Assembly (NCBI GenBank): GCA_016184105.1
Contig: JACPDI010000007.1
Coordinates: 69,287-133,286, forward strand
Direction of reading: 5' to 3'
Origin: Acidobacteriota bacterium
Lineage (GTDB): Bacteria; Acidobacteriota; Vicinamibacteria; Vicinamibacterales; 2-12-FULL-66-21
Length of the DNA: 64,000 bases
Positions 30,030 through 38,219 of the stretch are shown here, piece by piece (the stretch's first letter is position 1; every line of letters begins with the position of its first letter). The notes beneath the pieces were generated by a model that saw nothing but the letters and a program-made list of their open reading frames with translations, did no database searches and had not been told where the DNA came from. The translations under genes were made by a program, and so were the position numbers.

Positions 30030-30197
30030 TTACCCGCGCGAGGTTTCCTGCGCGGCGCGCCGGGCGTCAATCTCCCGCTGCCCGCGGAGAATCGAGCACC
30101 ACGGCTTATGGTCGTGCACGGGCATGCCGCATTCGACGCAGACGTGAATCCGCTTGGGCGGCTCCCCCCTGCCAATCAGGCGTTTCCAGAATGTCAT
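30030..30197 (-). CDS. 55-aa Cys/His-rich small protein (possible zinc-ribbon); not in the ORF track
   Basis: My translation is MTFWKRLIGRGEPPKRIHVCVECGMPVHDHKPWCSILRGQREIDARRAAQETSRG*. A GGAGAGGG RBS lies 6-8 nt upstream of the ATG at 30197. It sits 88 nt downstream of the small cytochrome-like gene on the same strand. Confidence 0.45.
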   Translation of the reverse strand: MTFWKRLIGRGEPPKRIHVCVECGMPVHDHKPWCSILRGQREIDARRAAQETSRG

Positions 30198-30285
30198 CGG
30201 TCCCTCTCCAGTCCCTCGCCCCGGCCACCGGGCCAGGTGCCCTGTGTTCGAATACGAGGGACGGAGAGGGAGGGTTCCACGGCAG

Positions 30286-30708
30286 CTACTGGCGGCTCGC
30301 CGCCAGCTTGTACTCGTAGAGTTCCTTCTTGCGGATCTTGGAGTCGTAGACCGCGAACTCGTAGATCTCCATGGCGTCGGCCGGGCTGATCATGGCGCGC
30401 CCCGCCCGGCGCATCATGCGCTTGATGTAGCGCTCCCAGTCGTCCTCGAGCACGAAGTCGCAGTTGACCGCGCGCGCCAGCGGGTGGCACTTGCCGCCGC
30501 ACCGGTCGGCGAAGATCTTGTACTTGCGCTTCATCTCGGGCGTGTATTTCGACACGTCAATCTTGTCCGGCCCGGCGTCCCACGAGATCACCTTCTTGTC
30601 GAGCGGGCGGTCGTCGTAGATCTGCGAGCCGATCACCCGGACCGACACGGCGGCCGTCAGGACCATCGAGACGAACACCATTGCCACCAGTACCTGCTTC
30701 ACGGTCAT
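30286..30708 (-). CDS. Small membrane-anchored protein with CX3CH motif (putative variant monohaem cytochrome), paralogue 1
   Basis: It has a GGAGGA RBS, the N-terminal TM segment MTVKQVLVAMVFVSMVLTAAV, and the motif CGGKCH followed by PLARAVNCDFVLEDDWERYIKRMMRR. Confidence 0.7.
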   Translation of the reverse strand: MTVKQVLVAMVFVSMVLTAAVSVRVIGSQIYDDRPLDKKVISWDAGPDKIDVSKYTPEMKRKYKIFADRCGGKCHPLARAVNCDFVLEDDWERYIKRMMRRAGRAMISPADAMEIYEFAVYDSKIRKKELYEYKLAASRQ

Positions 30709-30742
30709 CCTCCGAACGTGAATGTGTTGACGGGGTCGTGCG

Positions 30743-31156
30743 CTACTCCGATCCCTGTTCCTTCAGCCGGCGCTCGTACAGCTCGCGCTTGCGGACCTTC
30801 GCATCAAAGACCGCGAACTCGTAGGACTCGAGCGCCTGCGCCGGCGTGATGAGCGAGCGGCCGCGGCGCATCATCCGCTTGATGTACCGCTCCCAGTCGG
30901 CTTCGAGGACGAAGTCGCAGTTGACGGCGCGCGCCAGCGGGTGGCACCGCGCGCAGAGGTCTTCGAAGGTCTTGTACTTCTTCCTGATGTCCGGCGGGTA
31001 CTTCGACACGTCGATCTTTCCCGGGCCGCTGTCCCACTGCACGATCAGCGGATCGATCTGTCGTGCCGCGCCGGACTGTTGTGCCTGTGCGAGCAGCAGC
31101 CGCGCGGGCATCGCGAGGGCCATTATCAATACGGCTGCAGACAGAATCCGGGGCAT
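30743..31156 (-). CDS. Small secreted protein with CXXCH motif (putative monohaem cytochrome), paralogue 2
   Basis: It has a GAGGAG RBS and a signal peptide ending in LLLAQA. The motif CARCH is followed by PLARAVNCDFVLEADWERYIKRMMRR, and the core aligns residue-for-residue with paralogue 1. Confidence 0.7.
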   Translation of the reverse strand: MPRILSAAVLIMALAMPARLLLAQAQQSGAARQIDPLIVQWDSGPGKIDVSKYPPDIRKKYKTFEDLCARCHPLARAVNCDFVLEADWERYIKRMMRRGRSLITPAQALESYEFAVFDAKVRKRELYERRLKEQGSE

Positions 31157-31173
31157 GTGCGTCTTCTCCTCAC

Positions 31174-31193
31174 GGGTGGCCGTCCGGCCACCC
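31174..31193 (-). other. Intercistronic stem-loop (8-bp GC stem, 4-nt loop) between the barrel gene and the small cytochrome-like gene
   Basis: On the + strand gggtggcc gtcc ggccaccc is a perfect inverted repeat. The RBS and ATG of the next gene follow directly. Confidence 0.5.
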
Positions 31194-31201
31194 TCAACTC
31201 C

Positions 31202-33376
31202 TTACCACGTCCAGATGAACCGCACGGCGGCGGACTTCGCGGTGTACGGCCGCAGGACGTAGCCCAGCAGGAGGCTGCCCGGCAGGTCGATCCGGTTCAG
31301 CGTCTCTGGGCTCATGGCAAAATCGTCCACGTCGTACCTGTCGTACCAGCCGAGCAGCCCGATCGCGACCCGGCGCGACAGGTGGAACCGCAGATCGCCG
31401 GTCGCAGACGTCAGGTCGTGAGTGATCGCCGGCAGCTGTACCGGCGCCACCAGCGTGCTGTCGGCCGGCAGCCGATACACGTACGTCGCGCGCGAGCGCG
31501 AGTCGTCGAACGACATGCTGACGTCGACCCTCGGCAACAGCCTGAGGAGATCCAGGGAGAAGCCGATCGTCTCGGTGCGGTCGGCGCTGTCGGTCGCCCA
31601 GTCGCGCCGGTGATCGACGATGAGCGCGGTGCCCGGCACCAGGGTGGAGTGCGAGTTCTGCAGCGCCGCAAAGCGCTCGTTCGTGTACGACACGCTCGCC
31701 GCGACACGCGACCCCGGCGTGATGTCGGCGGTCACGGTGTACGACTTGTTCTCGTTGTTCCTCAGCCCCAGGGCGCTGTTCAGGTAGTCGTCCTTCCCGT
31801 ACGACGCGGACGCCGTCAGGCCGAAGGCGTCCACCGGCGCCAGCTGGATCAACGCCGTCACGCGGTCGCGGTCGCGATCGGCGACGTCGAAGTGGCGGAG
31901 CCCGAGCTGTTCGGTCGCCGAGAGCAGCAGATGCTCGTCGAAGCCGGATCCCCGCCGCTGCGAGCGCTCGAGGATCGCGCGGACGGTCACGAAGCCGGCC
32001 GACGAGTCGACCGACGCGCGCACGAGGTCCTCAGTCGTCTTCTGGAAGATGCGGAAGGTGCGATCGTCGGTGTTGCGCGAGTACCCGATCCGCATCGCGG
32101 TGAGCGGCACGGGCGTGAACGACGCGTCGGCGTCGAAGTTGTAGCGCGTGAAGCTCAGGGGTTCGGTCTCGGCACCCTCGTGCACGGTCTGGTCGAACAC
32201 GACGTCGATCGGGGTGTGGAACACGGGCGTGCGATTGTCGAAGTCGTAGGATCGGAACCGTGCGCTGAGGAAGACATACCGCGTCGGCTGCGAGGTGAAC
32301 CCGACGTTGGTCGCCACCGTCCGCGCGTCCCCTTCAAGCGTCTCGCGGGGCAGCGGCGCCGCGGGCACCGCGGTGTTGATCGTCACCGGCAACAACTGCG
32401 CGTCCTGGGTCCACGCGCCGAACGTCATGCTGGCCGTCACGCGGCTGTTGGCCGGCAGCTTCGCCGTGCCGGACGCGGTGATCCCCTGCATGCGGCTGTC
32501 GGGCGGCATCGCCATGCGCCCGCGCGATCCGCCGAGCCCGTTCGAGTAGTTGTTGGAGGCGGTCGAGTCGGTGAGCTTCAGCGGGTTGTCCCACACCAGC
32601 GTGGGCACGTTGTTCTCGAACGCCGATCCCTGGTAGCCCACGCGCACCATGCCGCGCGCGTTGGCCCACTCCACGCCGCCGCTCACGTCGGTCGTGCGCG
32701 TGTCGAGCGGCGCCATGACCTCGACGACGTCCGCGAAGCCGAATGACGCGGTCTGCGGGTACGTCCCGTCGCGCCGTGTGTGCTTCACGCCGAGGCTCAC
32801 GGTGAGCTCGCGTGTCGGGCTGTACGCCAGGTCGACCCTGGCGATATCACGCCGGGAGGTGGCAGCCATCGGCGACGCCGCGCCCGCCGACTGCGACAGG
32901 GTCGCGCGTCCCGCCTGGATCGCCGCGCGCATCGCATCGTCCAGGCGCAGCACGCCTGGCGACTCGCTCGTGTAGAGCGTGCGCGTGTCGCCGCTGATCC
33001 AGAGCGGGATCTGGTCCCACTCGACGGACACGCGGACCTTCGATCCGTTGCGGAAGGTGGCGGACAGCCGCCGGTCTTCCGCGCTCAGATGGTCGCCGCT
33101 GGCATTGAACGTCCAGCCGGTCCCCTGGCGATCGAGCGTGAAGTGCTCGACCACGAGGCCGTCACTGAAGTCGCGGTACCGCTGGAAGCGGTACTTGTCG
33201 CCCGTGACATCGGTGAAGCGGCTGCCGGCGTCGAACGACGCGGCGAAGCCCTGCGGCGCGGCGAGCTGCGCGGCGGAGGGAACGAAGATCTGCTGGCCGG
33301 GGTCGTTCTGCTGCGCCGAGGCCGCCGCGCCCGTGAGAAGAAGTCCGGCTGCGACAAACGTCAGTGGGGTGCGCAT
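31202..33376 (-). CDS. MtrB/PioB-family outer-membrane beta-barrel (decahaem-associated porin)
   Basis: The start MRTPLTFVAAGLLLTGAAASAQ (signal peptide) lies 17 nt after the cytochrome stop. The roughly 724-aa product has alternating beta-strand character and a C-terminal aromatic end (...RFIWTW). The track ORF extension to 34189 overlaps the cytochrome gene in another frame and is rejected. Confidence 0.75.
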   Translation of the reverse strand: MRTPLTFVAAGLLLTGAAASAQQNDPGQQIFVPSAAQLAAPQGFAASFDAGSRFTDVTGDKYRFQRYRDFSDGLVVEHFTLDRQGTGWTFNASGDHLSAEDRRLSATFRNGSKVRVSVEWDQIPLWISGDTRTLYTSESPGVLRLDDAMRAAIQAGRATLSQSAGAASPMAATSRRDIARVDLAYSPTRELTVSLGVKHTRRDGTYPQTASFGFADVVEVMAPLDTRTTDVSGGVEWANARGMVRVGYQGSAFENNVPTLVWDNPLKLTDSTASNNYSNGLGGSRGRMAMPPDSRMQGITASGTAKLPANSRVTASMTFGAWTQDAQLLPVTINTAVPAAPLPRETLEGDARTVATNVGFTSQPTRYVFLSARFRSYDFDNRTPVFHTPIDVVFDQTVHEGAETEPLSFTRYNFDADASFTPVPLTAMRIGYSRNTDDRTFRIFQKTTEDLVRASVDSSAGFVTVRAILERSQRRGSGFDEHLLLSATEQLGLRHFDVADRDRDRVTALIQLAPVDAFGLTASASYGKDDYLNSALGLRNNENKSYTVTADITPGSRVAASVSYTNERFAALQNSHSTLVPGTALIVDHRRDWATDSADRTETIGFSLDLLRLLPRVDVSMSFDDSRSRATYVYRLPADSTLVAPVQLPAITHDLTSATGDLRFHLSRRVAIGLLGWYDRYDVDDFAMSPETLNRIDLPGSLLLGYVLRPYTAKSAAVRFIWTW

Positions 33377-33393
33377 GCTGTCCTCTCTTCGCC

Positions 33394-34572
33394 TCACCGC
33401 TCGAGGTACTGGCCAGACGGGTGGTTCGACCCGTGGAGATTCGGGTGGCAATTGACGCAGGCGCGTCCGACCAGCCGGTTGTTGCGGTTGGCGAGCGCCA
33501 CGCGGTCGTAGATCGTCGCCGGGTGTCGCGACACGATGTGGCAGCGCTGGCAGAGCATCGGGGCCTTGGCCACGAGCATCCGGTCGTTCGAAGAGCCGTG
33601 CGCGTCGTGGCAGGTCGCGCAGCTCTCCCGCACGGGCGCGTGCTCCCACATGAACGGGCCGCGCTTCTCGGCGTGGCAGCTCAGGCAGGATTCGTTGATC
33701 GTGTTGCCCGCCTTCAGCAGGCGCACGTTCGTCGTGCCGTGCGGGCCGTGGCAGGAGGTGCAGTCCATCTTGCCCTCGCGCACCGGCATGTGCGCCGAGC
33801 GCTGGAGCTTCGCGGCCTTCTCGCGGTGGCATCGCGCGCAGGTGGCGACAATCGTCGCCCCGCGCAGGTGGCCGTCCGTGGATTTCGGATCGTGGATGCT
33901 GTGGCAGCCGGCGCACGGCACGTTGCGCGAGGCATGCACGCTGCCCTGCCACTGCGCGTGCTCGCCGCGGTTGTGGCACGAGAGGCAGAACTCGCTGGCC
34001 TCGCGCGGCGACATCTTGACGAACGGGCGCAGCAGGAGCCCTTTCTCCGCCGGCTCGTCGTCGTGCGCCTGGCCCGGGCCGTGGCAGGTCTCGCAGCCGA
34101 GCGACGCGGCCGGCGTCCGCTCGTCCCACTCGCGGCCGTGCGGCCCTTCGCGGTACGCCTTCAACTGCTTCATGTGGCACCGCGCGCACTTCGCCGTGCC
34201 CGTGTAGGTGAACCTGCGCGTCCGGGGCGCGTCCGGCTCCTCGTCATCGGCCTCGAAAGGATTCGTCGGCTTGGCCGCCTTCTGTCCCGGCGCCGCGCCC
34301 TCTTCTTCCTCTTCTTCCTCCTCGTCCGGATCGAGAAATGGATTGCGTTTCGGCTCCGGCGCGGGCGCCGGTTCCGGTGCGGACGGCGCGGGCTTCGGCG
34401 CCGCCTGGCCCGATGGCGGCGGCTGCGGCGGTGGCGTCTGCGGGGCGGAGAACGCCAGGCTCACCATCGCGGCAAAAGTCCAGCAGATGACCCCCGCGAC
34501 GATCGCGACAGCCGGACGGCTCGGCACCCGCCGAAGCAGGTGCGCCCTCGCGGGCGTGTTGGATGGCGTCAT
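33394..34572 (-). CDS. Periplasmic decahaem c-type cytochrome, MtrA/DmsE/PioA family
   Basis: I counted ten CXXCH motifs: CARCH, CETCH, CLSCH, CAGCH, CARCH, CTSCH, CLSCH, CATCH, CQRCH and CVNCH. It has the family-typical C-terminus HGSNHPSG. I chose the start MTPSNT (GAGGAG RBS, signal peptide). Confidence 0.9.
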   Translation of the reverse strand: MTPSNTPARAHLLRRVPSRPAVAIVAGVICWTFAAMVSLAFSAPQTPPPQPPPSGQAAPKPAPSAPEPAPAPEPKRNPFLDPDEEEEEEEEGAAPGQKAAKPTNPFEADDEEPDAPRTRRFTYTGTAKCARCHMKQLKAYREGPHGREWDERTPAASLGCETCHGPGQAHDDEPAEKGLLLRPFVKMSPREASEFCLSCHNRGEHAQWQGSVHASRNVPCAGCHSIHDPKSTDGHLRGATIVATCARCHREKAAKLQRSAHMPVREGKMDCTSCHGPHGTTNVRLLKAGNTINESCLSCHAEKRGPFMWEHAPVRESCATCHDAHGSSNDRMLVAKAPMLCQRCHIVSRHPATIYDRVALANRNNRLVGRACVNCHPNLHGSNHPSGQYLER

Positions 34573-34620
34573 GATGTGCTCCTCGCGCCGCAGGCCGATG
34601 CGAGCGCGGAAGGATGGAGG

Positions 34621-34636
34621 GCAACTGCCGTGCCTC
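34621..34636 (-). promoter_or_regulatory. Sigma-54 (-24/-12) promoter upstream of the decahaem cytochrome gene
   Basis: The minus strand reads GAGGCACGGCAGTTGC, that is GGCACG-N4-TTGC with exact GG-N10-GC spacing. The GC element is 49 nt upstream of the ATG at 34572. Confidence 0.65.
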
Positions 34637-34774
34637 CCTGTTTGCGGTGGCATCGACTCAGACAACCTGTTTGCCCGTCAGCAGTTGCGAGCGGCAAGTG
34701 GCCGCGGCGCGGTGCGTGCGCTGGCACGGCACGTCCGTGGTTCGGATTCGCGTCCAGATCCGGGACGAGCGGGT

Positions 34775-36175
34775 TCACGCCGCTGCCAGCCTTTCGGCCC
34801 TCGTGGCCACGTCCCGGAACTGGGGACCGACCTCCGCGAGCAATTCGCGATAGACACCGAGTGCCTGCGACTCCTGGCCGATCGCCTCGAGCGTCAGGGC
34901 GAGCTGATAGGCAAGCTCGTGCCCGCCTTCCTCCGTGGCTGGCGGCACCTGCGCGACCCACTCGAGGCACGCAAGCGCGTCCATCGGGGCGCCGCGATCG
35001 CGGTACACGCCCGCGAGGCGCGAGCCGGCGCTCGCGCGCAGGTGCGGCGCGCACATGGCTTCCTCGAGCGATGCGACTGCCGCGTCGAACTGCTGCGACT
35101 CGATCAGGCGCTCCGCCTCCGTGAGCCGCTCCTCCGCGGCAGCCGCCGCCTCTTCGATGAGCGCCGTGCGAATCTCCTCGAAGGCCGAGTCCACGTCGCT
35201 CGCCGGTGCCGGCTTGGGCGGGACGTCCGGCACCGCTTCGCTGACGTCTCGTGCCCGGCTGACCCGCGCCAGCAGCCCGCGATGCGCGGCGGCGTCGGGC
35301 TCGCGCTCGGTCAGATCGACCGCGATGTTGTAGGCCTGTTCCGTGCGCCCGCAGTCGTAGCACGCGCCCGCGAGGCGCGCCTGCGCCGAGATGAGCGCGC
35401 GGTCGAGCCGCCCCTCGACGCCGACGTCGATGAGCTTCTCGAGCGCCTCGATGTGCTGCGGCTGCGAGGCGAGGAACTGCTCGATCGCCGACACGGCGCC
35501 GGTGAAATTGCGACGCGCCACTTCGCCGTCGGCCGCGAGGATCACCTGGCGGAAATCGTACAGGTCGTCATCGACTGCCACCGCCGGTGACGGGTCCGGC
35601 GCCGGCACGACACCGGACTCGACCGCCTCCTGATCAGGCGCCAGGACCGCCGCCCACTCGTCCGCCCACTCGCTGGAACTCGCGGGCATCGCCGCCGCCG
35701 CCGGAACGTCGCGCGGCGGCGGCGGCGCGGGCAGCCGTGTCTCCTCGACGCGCATCGGCTCCGGCGGAGCGTCCGGCTCCACGACCGCGCTCTCGCGTGC
35801 GGCCCTCGCGGTCTCGAGTACCCGTTTGAGGAACGGGCTGACCTGGGCCGATTCGTTGCGCTCGAGTTCGTCCACGCGGCGGCGGGCGGTCTCGTTGTCA
35901 GGCTGGATGCGAAGAATCTTCCGATAGAGGGCGCGCGACTTCGCCGCGAACCCGTCGGCCGCCAGGTGCTCGGCAAGCGACGTGAAGTGCGCGATGGCGG
36001 CGTCCGCCTTGCCGGTGCGAATGTACAAATCCCCCAGCGTGTTGCCGATGCTCCAGTCCTTCGAATCGTTCTGAAACAACTTTTCGTACAGTGTGACCGC
36101 GCCGTCCAGGTCGCCGCGCGTGACGAGGCGGGCCGCCTTGTCGACGAGATCGGAGCGATCCAGGGCGCGAGCCAT
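34775..36175 (-). CDS. TPR-repeat protein
   Basis: The start MARALDRSDL lies 2 nt after the upstream stop. It has repeated TPR-like helical pairs at both ends (GDLDGAVTLYEKL..., ALACLEWVAQ...) and a Pro/Ala-rich middle. Confidence 0.7.
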   Translation of the reverse strand: MARALDRSDLVDKAARLVTRGDLDGAVTLYEKLFQNDSKDWSIGNTLGDLYIRTGKADAAIAHFTSLAEHLAADGFAAKSRALYRKILRIQPDNETARRRVDELERNESAQVSPFLKRVLETARAARESAVVEPDAPPEPMRVEETRLPAPPPPRDVPAAAAMPASSSEWADEWAAVLAPDQEAVESGVVPAPDPSPAVAVDDDLYDFRQVILAADGEVARRNFTGAVSAIEQFLASQPQHIEALEKLIDVGVEGRLDRALISAQARLAGACYDCGRTEQAYNIAVDLTEREPDAAAHRGLLARVSRARDVSEAVPDVPPKPAPASDVDSAFEEIRTALIEEAAAAAEERLTEAERLIESQQFDAAVASLEEAMCAPHLRASAGSRLAGVYRDRGAPMDALACLEWVAQVPPATEEGGHELAYQLALTLEAIGQESQALGVYRELLAEVGPQFRDVATRAERLAAA

Positions 36176-36177
36176 GT

Positions 36178-37161
36178 TCACACTGCCGCGGCCACCCGGC
36201 CGTCCGCGTCCTGCGGCACGGCGCCGGGACCCGCGATGATGGCGTCGACATCCAGCAAGGCGACCGCGTCGCCCGCGACCGAGAAGATTCCGCGCGTGAA
36301 CCACTCGCGGCGCTCGACCTCAGCGTGCCGCCGATCGGCCGCGGTCGCACGATGGAGCGCGACGTCCGCCCCGACGCGGAACGCGAAGAAGCCGCCGCGG
36401 CCGCGACCTCCGGATCGCGCCACCAGGAACCGTTCCGAGCCGTTGACGTCCGCGCCGTGTTCCCCGTTGAACCGCAGGATCGGCACGGCGTGGTCCCGCC
36501 ACCATCCGACCGCATGGATGTGCGGCGCCGCACCCGGCAGCGGGATCCAGGGCAGCGACTGGACGATGCCTCCCACGCGATCCGCGGCCAGGGCGTACCT
36601 CGCTGCGTGCACGCTCGGCAACGCGGCGCTCGTGAACGTCAGCGCCATGCCGGAGGCGACCGCACCCGTCCTCCCGCCCGCTGGCTGCGCGATCGGCGGC
36701 GTGGCGCGGCGCGGCGCGGCGGGCGCCAGCGGATCGATGCCCCGTGGCGAGAGAACGAGGCAGAACACGACGTCCCCCATCCGCAACAGCCCGTCGAACC
36801 ACGCCGAGGGCGTCGCGCCGGCCGCCGCGGGGAGCGGCAGCAGCGCGGGCGATCCGGCAGGAGTGCGCACGATGCGATCGACGAGCAGGCCGAACGACTC
36901 GCCGTCGCCTCGCGTCACGATGACGTAGCGGTCGGCGACCGACGACTCGGGCGCGCGTCCGAACAGTCCCGACAGGCCGTAGACCGGCAGCGTTTCGGCG
37001 CCGTACCGCAACGTGCCGACGCGGTTCGCAGGCCCCGCCCCTTTCTTCACGTATTCCGCGCGGGCGACGACGCGGATGTCGGCGCCGGCGAGCGCGTACT
37101 GTTCCATTCCCACGACGCAGCAGATGAAGCCACCAAGTCCGGATTTCCGTTCACCTGTCAT
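36178..37161 (-). CDS. CheW-like coupling protein with two CheW-type domains (ChpC position)
   Basis: It shares an ATGA overlap with the cheB stop. It has two segments resembling the CheW fold (...YALAGADIRVV...LVDRIV... and ...YALAADRVGGIV...). Only the last 327 codons of track ORF 36178-38154 are used. Confidence 0.65.
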   Translation of the reverse strand: MTGERKSGLGGFICCVVGMEQYALAGADIRVVARAEYVKKGAGPANRVGTLRYGAETLPVYGLSGLFGRAPESSVADRYVIVTRGDGESFGLLVDRIVRTPAGSPALLPLPAAAGATPSAWFDGLLRMGDVVFCLVLSPRGIDPLAPAAPRRATPPIAQPAGGRTGAVASGMALTFTSAALPSVHAARYALAADRVGGIVQSLPWIPLPGAAPHIHAVGWWRDHAVPILRFNGEHGADVNGSERFLVARSGGRGRGGFFAFRVGADVALHRATAADRRHAEVERREWFTRGIFSVAGDAVALLDVDAIIAGPGAVPQDADGRVAAAV

Positions 37162-38219
37162 GACGACTGCCCCCGCATGGCGAGCATCGAGCCGATGACA
37201 TCGGGCGTGCCGACGAAGTCGGCGCCCGCGCGTTCGAGCGCCTGCGTCGGCATGCTGTCGATCACGCAGCTCGAGGGCTCCTGCACGTACGCGTCGCCGC
37301 CGCGCTGCCGCACGCGCTTCAGCCCCTCGGCCCCGTCGCGCCCCATGCCTGACAGCACGACGCCCACGCTCGATGCGCCGTAGCTTTCCGCCGCCGAAAC
37401 CATCGCGAAGTCGATGGAGGGCCGGTACAGTTCCTCTTCTGCCGTCGGCCGCAATTCCAGCCGGCCTCCGGGGCGCACCAGCAGGTGGCGCGAGCCGGGC
37501 GTGACGATGATCGATCCGCGGGCGAGCCCGACCCCCGCGTCCGCCTCTCGGACCGGCAAGCGGGCATAGCGCCCAAGTTCCGCGGCGAAGGCGGTCGTAA
37601 ACGTCGCGGGGAGGTGCTGGACCACCACGCAGGGGATCCGGAAATCGGACGGCAGCTGCGCGAGGAGCTCGCGGAGCGCCGCCGGACCGCCCGTCGAGGC
37701 CCCGATCACGATGATCCCTTCGTGACCTGGCGCGGTCCTCGGGCCGTGCAGGCGCCCGCGCGGGTCGGGGTGACGGACGGGCGGACGCGCGACGGCCCGT
37801 TCCGGTTTCCGCGCATGGCGCGGCCGGACGGTGGCGGCCGTCATGACCTTGCTCACGATCTCCCTGCGCAGCGTCGCGGGGCTGACGGGCGCGCCCGGCG
37901 TGTACTTCAGGACGAAGTCCACCGCTCCCACCTCCAGCGCCCGCAGCGTCGTCGCGGCCGCGCGGCGCGACACGCCGCTCACGACCACGACGGCGGCGGA
38001 GGTTTCGGCCACGATTTGCCGCAGCAGCCCGAGGCCTTCGGCTCCAGGCATCTCGAGGTCCAGCGTGAGCACGTCGGGCGACGTGCGGCGGACGAGATCC
38101 ATCGTCGACGCCGCGTTGTGCGCGGTGCCGACCACCTCGCAGTCGCCGGCGCACTCGAGGTACGAGGCCAGCAGGCGGCAGGTGAATGCCGAGTCGTCGG
38201 CGACGGCCACTCGGATCAC
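37158..38219 (-). CDS. cheB: Protein-glutamate methylesterase CheB (REC + methylesterase)
   Basis: It has the REC motifs IRVAVADDS and DVLTLDLEMPG, and the esterase motifs IGASTGGP, HLP..FT and GMGRDG. Confidence 0.9.
   Translation of the reverse strand: MIRVAVADDSAFTCRLLASYLECAGDCEVVGTAHNAASTMDLVRRTSPDVLTLDLEMPGAEGLGLLRQIVAETSAAVVVVSGVSRRAAATTLRALEVGAVDFVLKYTPGAPVSPATLRREIVSKVMTAATVRPRHARKPERAVARPPVRHPDPRGRLHGPRTAPGHEGIIVIGASTGGPAALRELLAQLPSDFRIPCVVVQHLPATFTTAFAAELGRYARLPVREADAGVGLARGSIIVTPGSRHLLVRPGGRLELRPTAEEELYRPSIDFAMVSAAESYGASSVGVVLSGMGRDGAEGLKRVRQRGGDAYVQEPSSCVIDSMPTQALERAGADFVGTPDVIGSMLAMRGQSS

Noticed and set aside
34722-34736. TGGCACGGCACGTCC on the plus strand, which looks like a -24 element.
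   Set aside because: There is no TTGC at the -12 position and no plus-strand gene downstream. It lies in the 202-bp intergenic gap (34573-34774) between the TPR gene and the cytochrome gene.
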